From the IMG/VR virus record IMGVR_UViG_3300030330_005435, positions 1-64,000 of that record: a DNA stretch of 64,000 bases; one strand, 5' to 3'. This document shows positions 8,268 through 18,000 of the stretch, one piece after another (within the stretch, counting starts at the first letter, position 1; every line of letters starts with the position of its first letter). The position numbers and the translations under genes are program-made. Source of the stretch: a virus (taxonomy: Duplodnaviria; Caudoviricetes). The notes under the pieces are model-generated. The model saw nothing but the letters and a program-made list of their open reading frames with translations, ran no database searches and was not told the origin of the DNA.

Positions 8268-9307
8268 TGCCTATGGGTGATGTGAGTTCCACTTTCAGTT
8301 GCTCCCGCGCTGGTCTGGGTCACGAATATTGCCTTTGCTTGTAGTTCGCTGATTGTGCGGGCCCCTGAGTACGACAATCCAGATCTGATACCTTTTTCCA
8401 AATCATACAATATATCTGATACTGGGCCCTTGTATGGGACTGTTGAAGATACACCTTCAAACGAAGAGTACTTTCCCTTCCAATCAACTTGTGCCTCTTT
8501 GGAGGCCATGCCGCGGTAAGTTTTCCATGAAAATCCATCCTTACCTTTGTGTATCTGTCCTGGTGATTCCAACGTCCCAGCTAACAACGAACCGCACATC
8601 ACAGCATCAGCGCCGGCGGCGAGAGCTTTAACAATATCGCCTGAATTACGAATACCGCCGTCAGCAATAATTTTTACATCACGATCAGTCAAGGAGCAGT
8701 TTATGATTGTTTGTAGCCCAGGAACGCCGTGGCCAGTTTGAATCCGAGTTGAACAAATTGAGCCGCCTCCAATATTGCATCGAACCGAATTAGCGCCCCA
8801 GTCAGCCAAATCATTTATACCTTCAAGAGTAGCAACATTACCTGCCATAATGTGATAGTCATCACCTATCATGATCCTAAGACGATGCAATGCTGTTTTC
8901 ATAGTTGCATGGTGGCCATGTGCAACATCAACACAAAGAAAATTAGCGCCTTGGTTGTATGCCTCAGATGCTCGCTCAAGGTAATCTCCAGTAATACCGA
9001 TAGCGGCTCCAATATTATTGTTGATGTTTTTTGCTGCTTTAGAAATTATTTCAGACTGTTCATCAATGGTGTTATATCTATGTATAATTCCTGAGCCTCC
9101 CTGTGTATCCATTGCGATACACATTTTATCTTCTGTGACTGTATCCATCGGTGATGAAAACACGGGCAGGGTTAAGCACAAATCATTTCCTAAATCAGAA
9201 TCAAGATTAATCTCAGAGCGAGAAATAATATCTGAATATCTTGGTACTAATAATACATCATCGTACGAAAGACCTGATACGGTGTGTTCATTATTACGGG
9301 TAATCAT
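8261..9307 (-). CDS. GuaB family IMP dehydrogenase / GMP reductase lacking CBS domains
   Basis: [36 protein letters not shown] (catalytic Cys), IADGGI, YRGMAS, SGLSYSG. Confidence 0.93.
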   Translation of the reverse strand: MITRNNEHTVSGLSYDDVLLVPRYSDIISRSEINLDSDLGNDLCLTLPVFSSPMDTVTEDKMCIAMDTQGGSGIIHRYNTIDEQSEIISKAAKNINNNIGAAIGITGDYLERASEAYNQGANFLCVDVAHGHHATMKTALHRLRIMIGDDYHIMAGNVATLEGINDLADWGANSVRCNIGGGSICSTRIQTGHGVPGLQTIINCSLTDRDVKIIADGGIRNSGDIVKALAAGADAVMCGSLLAGTLESPGQIHKGKDGFSWKTYRGMASKEAQVDWKGKYSSFEGVSSTVPYKGPVSDILYDLEKGIRSGLSYSGARTISELQAKAIFVTQTSAGATESGTHITHRQW

Positions 9308-9684
9308 TGTTTTTCTCTCTTAATAAAGCTTTTAATTTGTTTTGTGGTGTACCAAGTAGACTCATGCGGACGCTCAGGATCTTTTAAGATTCTAGTTTTA
9401 ATGCATTTACCATTTTGAGTTTGGAACAATCCAATAGATGGTACACCATTTAATTTTAGTTTTTCTGCCAGAGCGCCTCCGCTATCTTCAACATTATAAG
9501 CAAAAAAGTATATATCCTCAAAATCATTTTCATCTGATAGATTTACAAAATATTCGCTTAGTGCATGGCAGTAGTGACACCCATTAGAATAAAACTTTAC
9601 AACCACTGTTGTTCGATCAGTGCTATTAATTCCTCCAGACAATATTTTCTCCATCGCATTCGTAGAAATTCTATTCACGGACAT
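9304..9684 (-). CDS. Thioredoxin-fold protein
   Basis: VVKFYSNGCHYC, GVPSI cis-Pro loop. Confidence 0.85.
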   Translation of the reverse strand: MSVNRISTNAMEKILSGGINSTDRTTVVVKFYSNGCHYCHALSEYFVNLSDENDFEDIYFFAYNVEDSGGALAEKLKLNGVPSIGLFQTQNGKCIKTRILKDPERPHESTWYTTKQIKSFIKREKQ

Positions 9685-9946
9685 TTTCTATTTCCTCCTT
9701 AAAAGTTTTTATAGCGTCGTTAGCTAACTGCCAACAATCGGGACAGTAAAGCCTAACAATGTTTTCTTTTTCTCTAACAACGACATTCCAAGTCATAGCC
9801 ATTTGTTTATCTTTTTTATCATACGGCTTGGTGCACGCAGAGCATTGATTTGGCAGCTTATCAAACTGCATCATTTTTTCATTAAGTTGTTCCGCGTTTT
9901 GCTTCTTGGAGATCTTGTTCATGGCTCGCCGTTGCTTACGATTCAT
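9671..9946 (-). CDS. Small zinc-finger-like protein
   Basis: CSAC...CPDC pair; MNRKQRRAM N-terminus. Confidence 0.6.
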   Translation of the reverse strand: MNRKQRRAMNKISKKQNAEQLNEKMMQFDKLPNQCSACTKPYDKKDKQMAMTWNVVVREKENIVRLYCPDCWQLANDAIKTFKEEIENVRE

Positions 9947-10307
9947 CTTCAGTATTTTTCCTCAACAATTTAGCATTCCGTGTAGACTTGCGATAGGACG
10001 GCGAAATTTCTTCAAGCTGTTCTTCGTTGATAGTAGTTTCATTTTCCTGCTCAACCAAGACTTCAGTTACCTCTTCGGGCATATTTGATTTTTCTTCGTT
10101 TTCAGTTTGGCGCGCTAGTAAATCACCATATTGCGCCAATGTCAAAGCGGCGCCTTCATACTGGACCAGATTCAAAGCATGATTAGCAATCCTGTCAACT
10201 GTCCCAGGCTCTGATGGCCTGTGATAGATATCTTTAATGATTGCCAACTCTTCAGTGGCTTTTGATTTAAGTCTCTGTATTGCTGCTTGTAAAATTTCTT
10301 CTGTCAT
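9936..10307 (-). CDS. Hypothetical protein
   Basis: 123-aa ORF in operon with overlapping start/stop. Confidence 0.65.
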   Translation of the reverse strand: MTEEILQAAIQRLKSKATEELAIIKDIYHRPSEPGTVDRIANHALNLVQYEGAALTLAQYGDLLARQTENEEKSNMPEEVTEVLVEQENETTINEEQLEEISPSYRKSTRNAKLLRKNTEDES

Positions 10308-10777
10308 TTGTTAATTCCTTCTACTCTCCAAAGTTCTCCGCCTCCATCAAACACAACTACAGCGGAGGGAAACGGCGCGGAGTTACTACTGTCTCCAAAT
10401 TTAAGGCGACCCTTGACAAAGTGAATTTCGGATGCCTTCATAACATAGTTGTGCCAATATTTTGTATCTGTTCTCGCTGGGATGAGCATGACAACCTTTG
10501 TGTCAGATTTCTTAGCTTCATTATAAGCTTTCTCGATCCATTTGTCAATACCTCTTCCATACGGAGGATTGACAAAACATGTAAATCCCTCCCAATCTTT
10601 TTCTAAACCATTTTCTGCCTTTGTAAAAAAGTTGGCGCACTTCGTATTGTGTGGACTGGCGCACGGATCTAAGTCAAACGGCCCAAAGCGCCAATCAAGC
10701 TTATTGAAAAAATCTTGAGGGGTAGCCCAATTACCAGACTTCGAGCTGAACATTGTTCTTTGCGTTTCTTTATTCAT
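10304..10777 (-). CDS. Phage N6-adenine DNA methyltransferase (phage Dam family)
   Basis: WATPQ, FDLDPCA, FVNPPYG, LIPARTDTKYWH, GRLKF. Confidence 0.92.
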   Translation of the reverse strand: MNKETQRTMFSSKSGNWATPQDFFNKLDWRFGPFDLDPCASPHNTKCANFFTKAENGLEKDWEGFTCFVNPPYGRGIDKWIEKAYNEAKKSDTKVVMLIPARTDTKYWHNYVMKASEIHFVKGRLKFGDSSNSAPFPSAVVVFDGGGELWRVEGINK

Positions 10778-11931
10778 TGCTTTTCCTTAACCTCTACAAA
10801 TTCTTCTGAGTCTTCTTCCCACTGAAAGGCTCGATAGTCTCCTTGGTGCATTTGTTTTACAAACAAAATTTTAGTAATGATTGGATAACCTCCAAACTTG
10901 TAGACTTCATGCTTGTTAATTGCAGCAATCTTTGCAACAACCTTTGGGATCTCTTTTGAAATTGTTTCAGAAGAAGTAATTGAAGCAGTTAGATTGTCTC
11001 CAACACGCAACGTTGCATAGCACGGCACACGTACTGAAGATGCTGGTAAGTCGTTCTTCCAACAGTTCGTTAGCGTTTCTAAGATGCGATAGATTCGTGT
11101 TGGGCACTCAAACTTAAACACATTGCCAGTGTCGGTTGTCCAATCAACATTGGGAAAAAACCTTCTAGCATTTAAATCAATCTCTTCTTGCAATGGGAAC
11201 GAAAGTGATTGACCCCTATGTGATGCGAATGCTTTGTTGACGATTTCTCCCAAGAAGCGCTTCTTGGACGAGTGAGCAAAATCTGAACTAATGTTGTCGA
11301 TGGCCCACTGTTTTCCCCATTCAATCTGTTGTTCTTCATCCCACTGTCTTACGCTCTCAACAAACTTAGCCATTGTGTTGTACTCTGATTGAATTTGGTG
11401 TACCCAATCTTTGCTCGAATCTTCTCTTACAGAGTCGAGTCTTTTATTGCTTAGTCTTGCTAGTGAACTGCAAAACTTTAAAATTTCGTAAATCTCTGCA
11501 TCTTCATCAAAAATGACTTCTAGAAAATTAAACTTACTTTCTGCACCTTTGCTGATTGCTTTAAGATGGCCCTTGGCGCGCTTCCATCCAAATATCATAA
11601 ACAATTCGTCGTTTATGCGGGTTGCAATGGGAATTTGCGTTTGTGGTTTTTCTAAAACGTAAAATTCATCATAATAATTGACATCGCCTGCTAGAGTCGA
11701 GTTTGCTCTTGGTTGAAATGTCGGGTAGTATTCGTGGCTTTCAGAAACTAAATCGCTTAAATCGTGCTTTGTGCGTACACGAAAGTCTCTAACTAATTCA
11801 CTGCTGGTTAAAGCTGCCCATGCATCACGGATACGCGGATCAGTATTTCCTGGCAAGTCGTCATAACCGAGATCCCTTACCTTATTCTCAATTGTTGTTG
11901 TATTAATGTCTATGACATTTGATGCCTTCAT
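10774..11931 (-). CDS. Hypothetical 385-aa protein with ParB/Srx-like N-terminal motifs
   Basis: FQPR...IPI...MIFGWKR resembles the ParB-N 'QPR...PI...I.GxxR' box. Confidence 0.45.
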   Translation of the reverse strand: MKASNVIDINTTTIENKVRDLGYDDLPGNTDPRIRDAWAALTSSELVRDFRVRTKHDLSDLVSESHEYYPTFQPRANSTLAGDVNYYDEFYVLEKPQTQIPIATRINDELFMIFGWKRAKGHLKAISKGAESKFNFLEVIFDEDAEIYEILKFCSSLARLSNKRLDSVREDSSKDWVHQIQSEYNTMAKFVESVRQWDEEQQIEWGKQWAIDNISSDFAHSSKKRFLGEIVNKAFASHRGQSLSFPLQEEIDLNARRFFPNVDWTTDTGNVFKFECPTRIYRILETLTNCWKNDLPASSVRVPCYATLRVGDNLTASITSSETISKEIPKVVAKIAAINKHEVYKFGGYPIITKILFVKQMHQGDYRAFQWEEDSEEFVEVKEKQ

Positions 11932-12630
11932 TTATTCTCCTAAAATGTTTTGTTGTTTAATTCTTCTTTGTTCAAACCTTTCATCGGTTTTTTTATTAAT
12001 TTCTAATATTGTATCAATATTGTATGGTACATTGCAAGCTTTTTTTTCAAAAACCCAAAAATATGAGTGATATTTTCTTGCATGGCTTTGATTATTTTTA
12101 TGGTTGTGGCCAATGATGCGATTTTTAGCCAGCAAGACAAACATGTCTCTTGGGTAAAATCCATGAACAAGTGCGCGCTCCATGATATAACAATGAGAAA
12201 ACCAATTTTTACCAGACGAAACAGTATCCTGGCACTTAAATGCTAAGACACCTTTGTTTTTGAGAATCCTGCTAAATTCTGCTAAGCACTGGTCATACCA
12301 CCCCCACAAATCGGTTACATACCTAAATCCATGGAATCTTTTACCCATAATGCCGGTAGGTACAGCTTTGGTGTGACCCGCAACAAACGGAGGGTCAAAC
12401 ATAATGCTGGAAATACTGCTGTCATCAAACGGTAAATCATCAGCAGACGCCTTTTGTACCTCATCGTTCTTGGGAAACAAATCGTATTTATATCGAGGCT
12501 CAATAATCTCGGGAGATTTGTAAAAATTACCTTTGCTGTATGTTGGGTCTAGTTCAAACCCGTCAGGTGCGAACATCGTTTGTATGTTCTTAATGATTTC
12601 GTTTTGATCTTCTGATGTGCTCTTTATCAT
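11932..12630 (-). CDS. Amino-DNA methyltransferase (m4C or m6A)
   Basis: ELDPTYSKGNF SAM-binding motif followed by MFDPPF catalytic motif, EFSRILKNKGVLAFKCQD; start reassigned to MIKSTS. Confidence 0.85.
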   Translation of the reverse strand: MIKSTSEDQNEIIKNIQTMFAPDGFELDPTYSKGNFYKSPEIIEPRYKYDLFPKNDEVQKASADDLPFDDSSISSIMFDPPFVAGHTKAVPTGIMGKRFHGFRYVTDLWGWYDQCLAEFSRILKNKGVLAFKCQDTVSSGKNWFSHCYIMERALVHGFYPRDMFVLLAKNRIIGHNHKNNQSHARKYHSYFWVFEKKACNVPYNIDTILEINKKTDERFEQRRIKQQNILGE

Positions 12631-12635
12631 AATTA

Positions 12636-13388
12636 TCACATTACAGGGCATTTGAATTGAATCTTTTTGCCCTTGGTCCCAGTTGCATATGTCCAAGAGA
12701 GGCCAGTGCCGTATCCGCTCGCTCTACTAGTAATAGTATCAACTTGTTGTTCAATTGTGTAGGTAGAAAAAGAACTAGCATATCTTGTGTTATAATCAAC
12801 TTTAAACATAATTGTGTGATTTGCAATTCTTAAATCTTCTTCATGCTTATTGGGGCTTCCAGTTAGCGTCCAACGCACAAATTCTTTTTTTATAGGTGCA
12901 ATTTTGCTTTTTAAAATTTCACGCTCTTCAACGTTGAAGTTTTTACCAGATGCATCAGTTTGAAACTTATTCATTAACTGCAGCAATGTGGCGTCTGTTA
13001 TACCTACTTCTTCTTTGATGGTGCTAACATCAAATTCAGCCACCGCTATGTTCGCAGATGAGGATTGCTTCACAGATATTTTGATAAAAAGCCCATTAAT
13101 CGCCACACAAACATCAGTCTTTGCGGGTCCACCACTATCTCTTTTAGGTACTTCAATAATTTTAATTGTATCGACATGATCAATATTGTACACAGCGCAA
13201 GTTTGATAAAATATCTGCTCAGCCATATTGTCAGGTTGTCTATTGCAATTAAATTTGTTAGCAATGTCAGAATCGGAAAAAATCAATTCGATAAATTCTT
13301 CGTAAGCCAAGCCAGCAAGTGCTGTTTTACTGCCAACACTCCTGTCTGGATCACTGACACCGTGTTTGCCAAATAGGTTTCGCAACAT
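12636..13388 (-). CDS. MspI-family type II restriction endonuclease
   Basis: GLAYEEFI, GGPAKTD, ISVKQSS..IAVAEFDV..I...VGITD, FVRW, GYGTGLSWTYATGTKGKKIQFK align collinearly with MspI as recalled (GKLYEKYI, GGSPKTD, LNIKHSS..VSIAEYDV, GFGTGLNWTYASGSKAKKMQFK); AGGAG RBS. Confidence 0.85.
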   Translation of the reverse strand: MLRNLFGKHGVSDPDRSVGSKTALAGLAYEEFIELIFSDSDIANKFNCNRQPDNMAEQIFYQTCAVYNIDHVDTIKIIEVPKRDSGGPAKTDVCVAINGLFIKISVKQSSSANIAVAEFDVSTIKEEVGITDATLLQLMNKFQTDASGKNFNVEEREILKSKIAPIKKEFVRWTLTGSPNKHEEDLRIANHTIMFKVDYNTRYASSFSTYTIEQQVDTITSRASGYGTGLSWTYATGTKGKKIQFKCPVM

Positions 13389-13390
13389 TG

Positions 13391-13651
13391 TTATACTCCT
13401 GTGTTATTCTCGTTATTGCTAAACATCTCAAAGTTTTCTACAACCTCATCAATGTTAACATTGTCTTTGAATAGACGATATGCTTTCACAGCTGCCCTAA
13501 GTTCGTCGGTATTGAGCCATCCGTTTTCGCGATATTCAGTACGCAAGTCACGTTTTTGTTCTTTAAAAGGCTCCATTGCCTCTTCAATTGCCACCAAAGA
13601 ACGGATGTATTCTTTTACGTAGCGTTTTCTCTCTTCGTTTGTTGTAGCCAT
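13391..13651 (-). CDS. Small dsDNA-binding protein, T4 DsbA / GapR-like
   Basis: Helical pattern 'YIRSLVAIEE.MEPFKEQKRDL..EY..NG...ELRAAVK.YR'; AGGAGG RBS. Confidence 0.6.
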   Translation of the reverse strand: MATTNEERKRYVKEYIRSLVAIEEAMEPFKEQKRDLRTEYRENGWLNTDELRAAVKAYRLFKDNVNIDEVVENFEMFSNNENNTGV

Positions 13652-13674
13652 TGGGCCCTCCTGATTGTTTATAT

Positions 13675-13703
13675 AATATAACACACATATGTTCAGCAGT
13701 CAA
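13675..13703 (-). promoter_or_regulatory. Sigma70 promoter driving dsDNA-binding protein / REase / MTase operon
   Basis: TTGACT-17 nt-TATATT. Confidence 0.75.
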
Positions 13704-13707
13704 CAAC

Positions 13708-14415
13708 TTATTTGACTATAATTCTAAAAAGTTGAAATATAAATTTTTTAATTAATTGATCTTTTTCTTCATCAGTTTCGGCTTCAGCAAAACCATAATT
13801 ATATGTATTTTTTTCTTTATCGACTTGTTGAGCAACCTTTTCGCTTTCACGTTTCATCCATCGAGTTTGTTGCTCATAATTTTTTGGTGTACTGATATTA
13901 TATCTGTCCGCTAAGTCTAATAAAATATAATATTTTTTGTCTTCAAATGCCTGATTCGCATCTTGGAACATATTTACTCTCATCTTTATCTCGTCGTCAG
14001 GTAATGATTTATCTATACGATCTGGGTGAAGTTTGAGGGCAATTTGTTTAAAAAGTTTTGAGAAGGCATCGTGCATTGCAATGTCGTCTGCTGACATTTG
14101 ATAACTATCATCTTTGTCCGAAGGAATATTGTTATGAATTATTATCGCTGTATCGCTGGGGGCCTCTATGCTGGCTTGATCTTGAGTGTTGCCGTCAGTT
14201 ATTTCGTGGCGTCCGTATAAAGTGTCAAGCCTTTCTTTGTTTTGTTTGTCCAAGCTTGATATGTTGATATTTTTTTGAGCGCAAAATCTTCTATAATATG
14301 CCTCAAACTCCACTGCTGTATCTTTAGATAGTTCTTGCGTGTATTCTAATTCATCATAACAAAAGCGCAATCTAGATAGGGCGCGCTTCCATTTAAGCTT
14401 TTTACTGATAGGCAT
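13708..14415 (-). CDS. J-domain (DnaJ-like) protein
   Basis: KLFKQIALKLHPDR...FQDANQAFE J-domain motif with HPD; flanking coiled coils. Confidence 0.75.
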   Translation of the reverse strand: MPISKKLKWKRALSRLRFCYDELEYTQELSKDTAVEFEAYYRRFCAQKNINISSLDKQNKERLDTLYGRHEITDGNTQDQASIEAPSDTAIIIHNNIPSDKDDSYQMSADDIAMHDAFSKLFKQIALKLHPDRIDKSLPDDEIKMRVNMFQDANQAFEDKKYYILLDLADRYNISTPKNYEQQTRWMKRESEKVAQQVDKEKNTYNYGFAEAETDEEKDQLIKKFIFQLFRIIVK

Positions 14416-14428
14416 ACCCTAAGTAGGG

Positions 14429-15034
14429 TTACTGAAACTTGAACGATACACTAGTTTCTATTTTAAATTCTGGAATGTGTATGTGATTTGCTAGATTATG
14501 TTTTAAACACTCGTTCGCATCTAAGAACCAGTCAGCATGACCTTTCTCGTGTACTATATCAAGAAAATAATCTTTGCCGTGTCCACAATTTTCTGCCATC
14601 ATTTCAAAAATCTTTTTATTAAGACGTTCAGCTTCTGCTGTTGAAGCTTTCATTTCTTCAATCTTGTCCCAGGCCATGGCACTAACTTCGTGTATCATCA
14701 CAGTTGCATCAGGGTCTATGTAACGCATATTTTCGTGCCCAAAGCTAAACAAAATGGCACCACAGGACATTGCTTTGCCTTCGATAATTGTTGCTACGGG
14801 AATTCTGCTATGTTTTATATTAGAGATCATAGACATTAGGCTATATACCTGTCCTCCATAACTATCAATAATAACAGGAAGGACTGGTTGTCCCGTATTT
14901 TGTGCTTTTGACACAATTGATGAGAAAGCCTTGGCTGTAGGTTCATCAAATTTATTAATTCTCGCTACAACTGGCAGATCGTCAATCAAAGCCGGCTCTT
15001 TAAGTAATGGACTGAATGTCTTGAGTATATGCAT
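14429..15034 (-). CDS. clpP: ClpP-family protease subunit (copy 2)
   Basis: IDSYGG, GKAMSCG (Ser), MIHE (His), ADWFL (Asp). Confidence 0.9.
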   Translation of the reverse strand: MHILKTFSPLLKEPALIDDLPVVARINKFDEPTAKAFSSIVSKAQNTGQPVLPVIIDSYGGQVYSLMSMISNIKHSRIPVATIIEGKAMSCGAILFSFGHENMRYIDPDATVMIHEVSAMAWDKIEEMKASTAEAERLNKKIFEMMAENCGHGKDYFLDIVHEKGHADWFLDANECLKHNLANHIHIPEFKIETSVSFKFQ

Positions 15035-15038
15035 ATAT

Positions 15039-18000
15039 TTATCCTAACAATTTAAACGTTTTACCGATTGCATATGTGGAGAAGCCCCAGTTCTGATCGT
15101 ACTTAAGTCTTGCCATGTATGGTCGGTTAAGGTGTATTTTATCTTTTTGAGGTTTTACGCCCCAACACCTTATCTTAGTTAGTTCATTGTTAGAGTCAAT
15201 CACCTCAACAATCCAATAAAGTTTGCCATTTTTTGTTTTTCTCTCAGCAACTTTTCGAGGGATAAACCAACAAACTTGCAATTCTTCATCAAACTCTGAG
15301 ATCGGTGGGATATACTTTTCTTGCAATCTTTCAACAGTCTCGTCGCTGATAACCAAGTTAATGGGAAATACACCTGTTAGATCAGATTTAAATTGTATGA
15401 TCTCTTCTTCAGTAAAGTCACCTTCTGGCTCATAAAGTTCGATGTTTTCGCCAAGCTTCTTAAGATTCTTTGGACGATCAACAATACATGCTGACCAGAA
15501 ATGTTTACGACCTGTAAACCTGTCGTCGAGAATATTATCAAGGGCCCCGCCGCGGCACAATGCGTCGAGAGACTTTTTGTTAAGTTTTGAATAGGTTATA
15601 TTTTCGTTGAATAACAAATCCTCTGCATTTTTTAGTGGGCGGTTAGCCAAAATCTGTTCAATAGCAGCAGCACCCAAACCTTTAATAGATGTTAGCGGCT
15701 GAATCAACGTCTTGCCGTCTTTGCTAATTTCCCAAACGGTTCCAGATTTGTTTACATCTAGTGGTGCAATGTCGAATCCAAATCGTTTTGCAATATTGAT
15801 TGCTTTTTCTTTACGACTTTCAGGCTCTTTGTCCAAGAACGCAGCCATCCATTCAGACGGGTAATAATTATACAACCATGCACACTGGTATGAGATGATC
15901 GAATACGAAACAGCGTGTGATTTGTTAAAACCGTACCCAGAGAAGAATTCAAACTTATTCCATAAATCTTGTGCTTTTTCTTTATCGATACCGTTGCTTG
16001 AACAACCATCAATAAACTTTTTGTGAAGCTTGCCTTTAACAGATCCTTTGCCAGTTCCCTTTTTGGTTAGCACCTTGCGAAGCATATTGCCTTCATCCAA
16101 AGTCAAACCACCAAGTTTATGAGCCAATAGTGCAATCTGCTCTTGAAAAATAAGGAACCCAAACGTTTCTTCTGTAATTGCTCTGGCTTCTGGTGTTAAA
16201 TACTGAATTCGCTGTGGGTGTTCCTTAGCCTCAACATAATCGTTGTCAACCCCTGCGGAAAGCGGGCCTGGGCGAAAGATAGAGGTGATAGCAGAAACAT
16301 CAATAATATTTGTCGGCATGGCGCGTGTGCAAAACTGTTGTGCGCCACTTTCTGTAAACTGAAAGATGCCTGCCCACTTACCTGCATGGAAGATTTTTTG
16401 ATACACAGAGACATCATTCATATCCAATACATCGGGGTGTAGTGTCTTTTCGTAGTAGTCTCGGATTTGCGCGAACGTGGGCTCTTCGATATTGTGGTGA
16501 CGCTTAAGAATGTGATAGATTGCACCCTCCATCATCTTAAGCGTTGACAAACCAAGCAAGTCAAACTTAATGAATCCCATTGGTTCAAGGTGACGGACGT
16601 TCTGCCCCTCTGCCCATGGTGCCTGACGGACACCACCTGAATTAATCAGTGGCATGTTGGCATCTAGATTTTCAGCAATAACAACCCCACCAGCATGTCG
16701 AGAACATGAACGCACTTGACCCACAAGGCCCTCAACATGTGTCTTGACTGCGGGGTATTTATCAAGATATGCACGGAGAGTTGGCGAGAACTCAATCACT
16801 TCTTCCCACGTAGGGGCATACACACCAGCCTTGATCCCGTGCTTGCGTTTAGCCTCTGGTGTTGCTTCTCTAATCATGATTGATGTGACTGTATTTACTT
16901 CAGTAAATTCGATACCATACAGTTTTGAAATGTCTTTGATTAGTGATTTTAGCTGTAGTGTATTCCAGTTGGAAATTGGAGCCACACAATCTTCGCCCCA
17001 CATTTCAACTAGTTTCTCTTTCAATGCCATGCTATCTGATACATCGTAATCAATATCAGGATAATCTGTGGCATCAGAACGCAGAAACCGAGAGAACAGC
17101 AGACCATACTTAATTGGGTCAACTTGTGTAATGTTAAGTGCATATGCCACCAATGAACCAGCGGCAGAGCCGCGGCCTGGGCCTGTCAGCATCATTCCTG
17201 TAGCTACGTCTGCAATAGATTTCATAGTCAGAAAGTATTTTGAGAACCCGCGATCATCGATGACATTAAGTTCTTCGCGTAATCTTTGAATATATTTTTG
17301 ATTTTTATGCAGTCCCTTGTCCTTTAGGCCCTCAAGAGCATAATTAACAAGCGCTTGAGTTGCCGTAAAGCCTGCTGGTACAACAAATTCAGGCAAGCGA
17401 ACGGTATTGTCAGGCAGAAAGCTTTCAATGCGTTCATGTGCGATACGGTGTGTTTCTTCTATAGAGCGCAAAACCAACTCATCATCATACTGAAAGCCGC
17501 AGGCATCTGAGTATTCTTTGTAACTTTTCCACATCTGGTCGCCATTCTTTGGGTATAGTTCGTAACCGATTTCCTCGACGCCATCAGGCAGTTCTGATTC
17601 TTCGTCAGCCCATGAGGGTCGGCCCTTACCAAGCCAACCAAGACGCTTGTAAAGCTCTCTGTCTTTCCAAGCGTCAGGGTTGGGGTAATGGCTGTCGGCT
17701 GTCGTGACCAGTCCAACGCCAAACTCTTTAGCAACTTGAATTACGTACTGGTTAAGTTCATGCTGCTCTTTAATATTGTTCCATTGTATTTCGGCATACC
17801 AGCGATCACCGAAAATGTCAACCATGCGACGTGTGGATTCGCGCATTGCATCCAATACTGCTTCATCCCCATCTTCTCGGTTCTCCCAATAGTTGCCAGC
17901 GTACACGCCGCCAAGACAAGCAGAAGAAGCAATGATGCCTTCGTTATATTTCTTAAGGAGCGCATAATCAATACGTGGATATCGGTAGAAGTTTTCAGCC

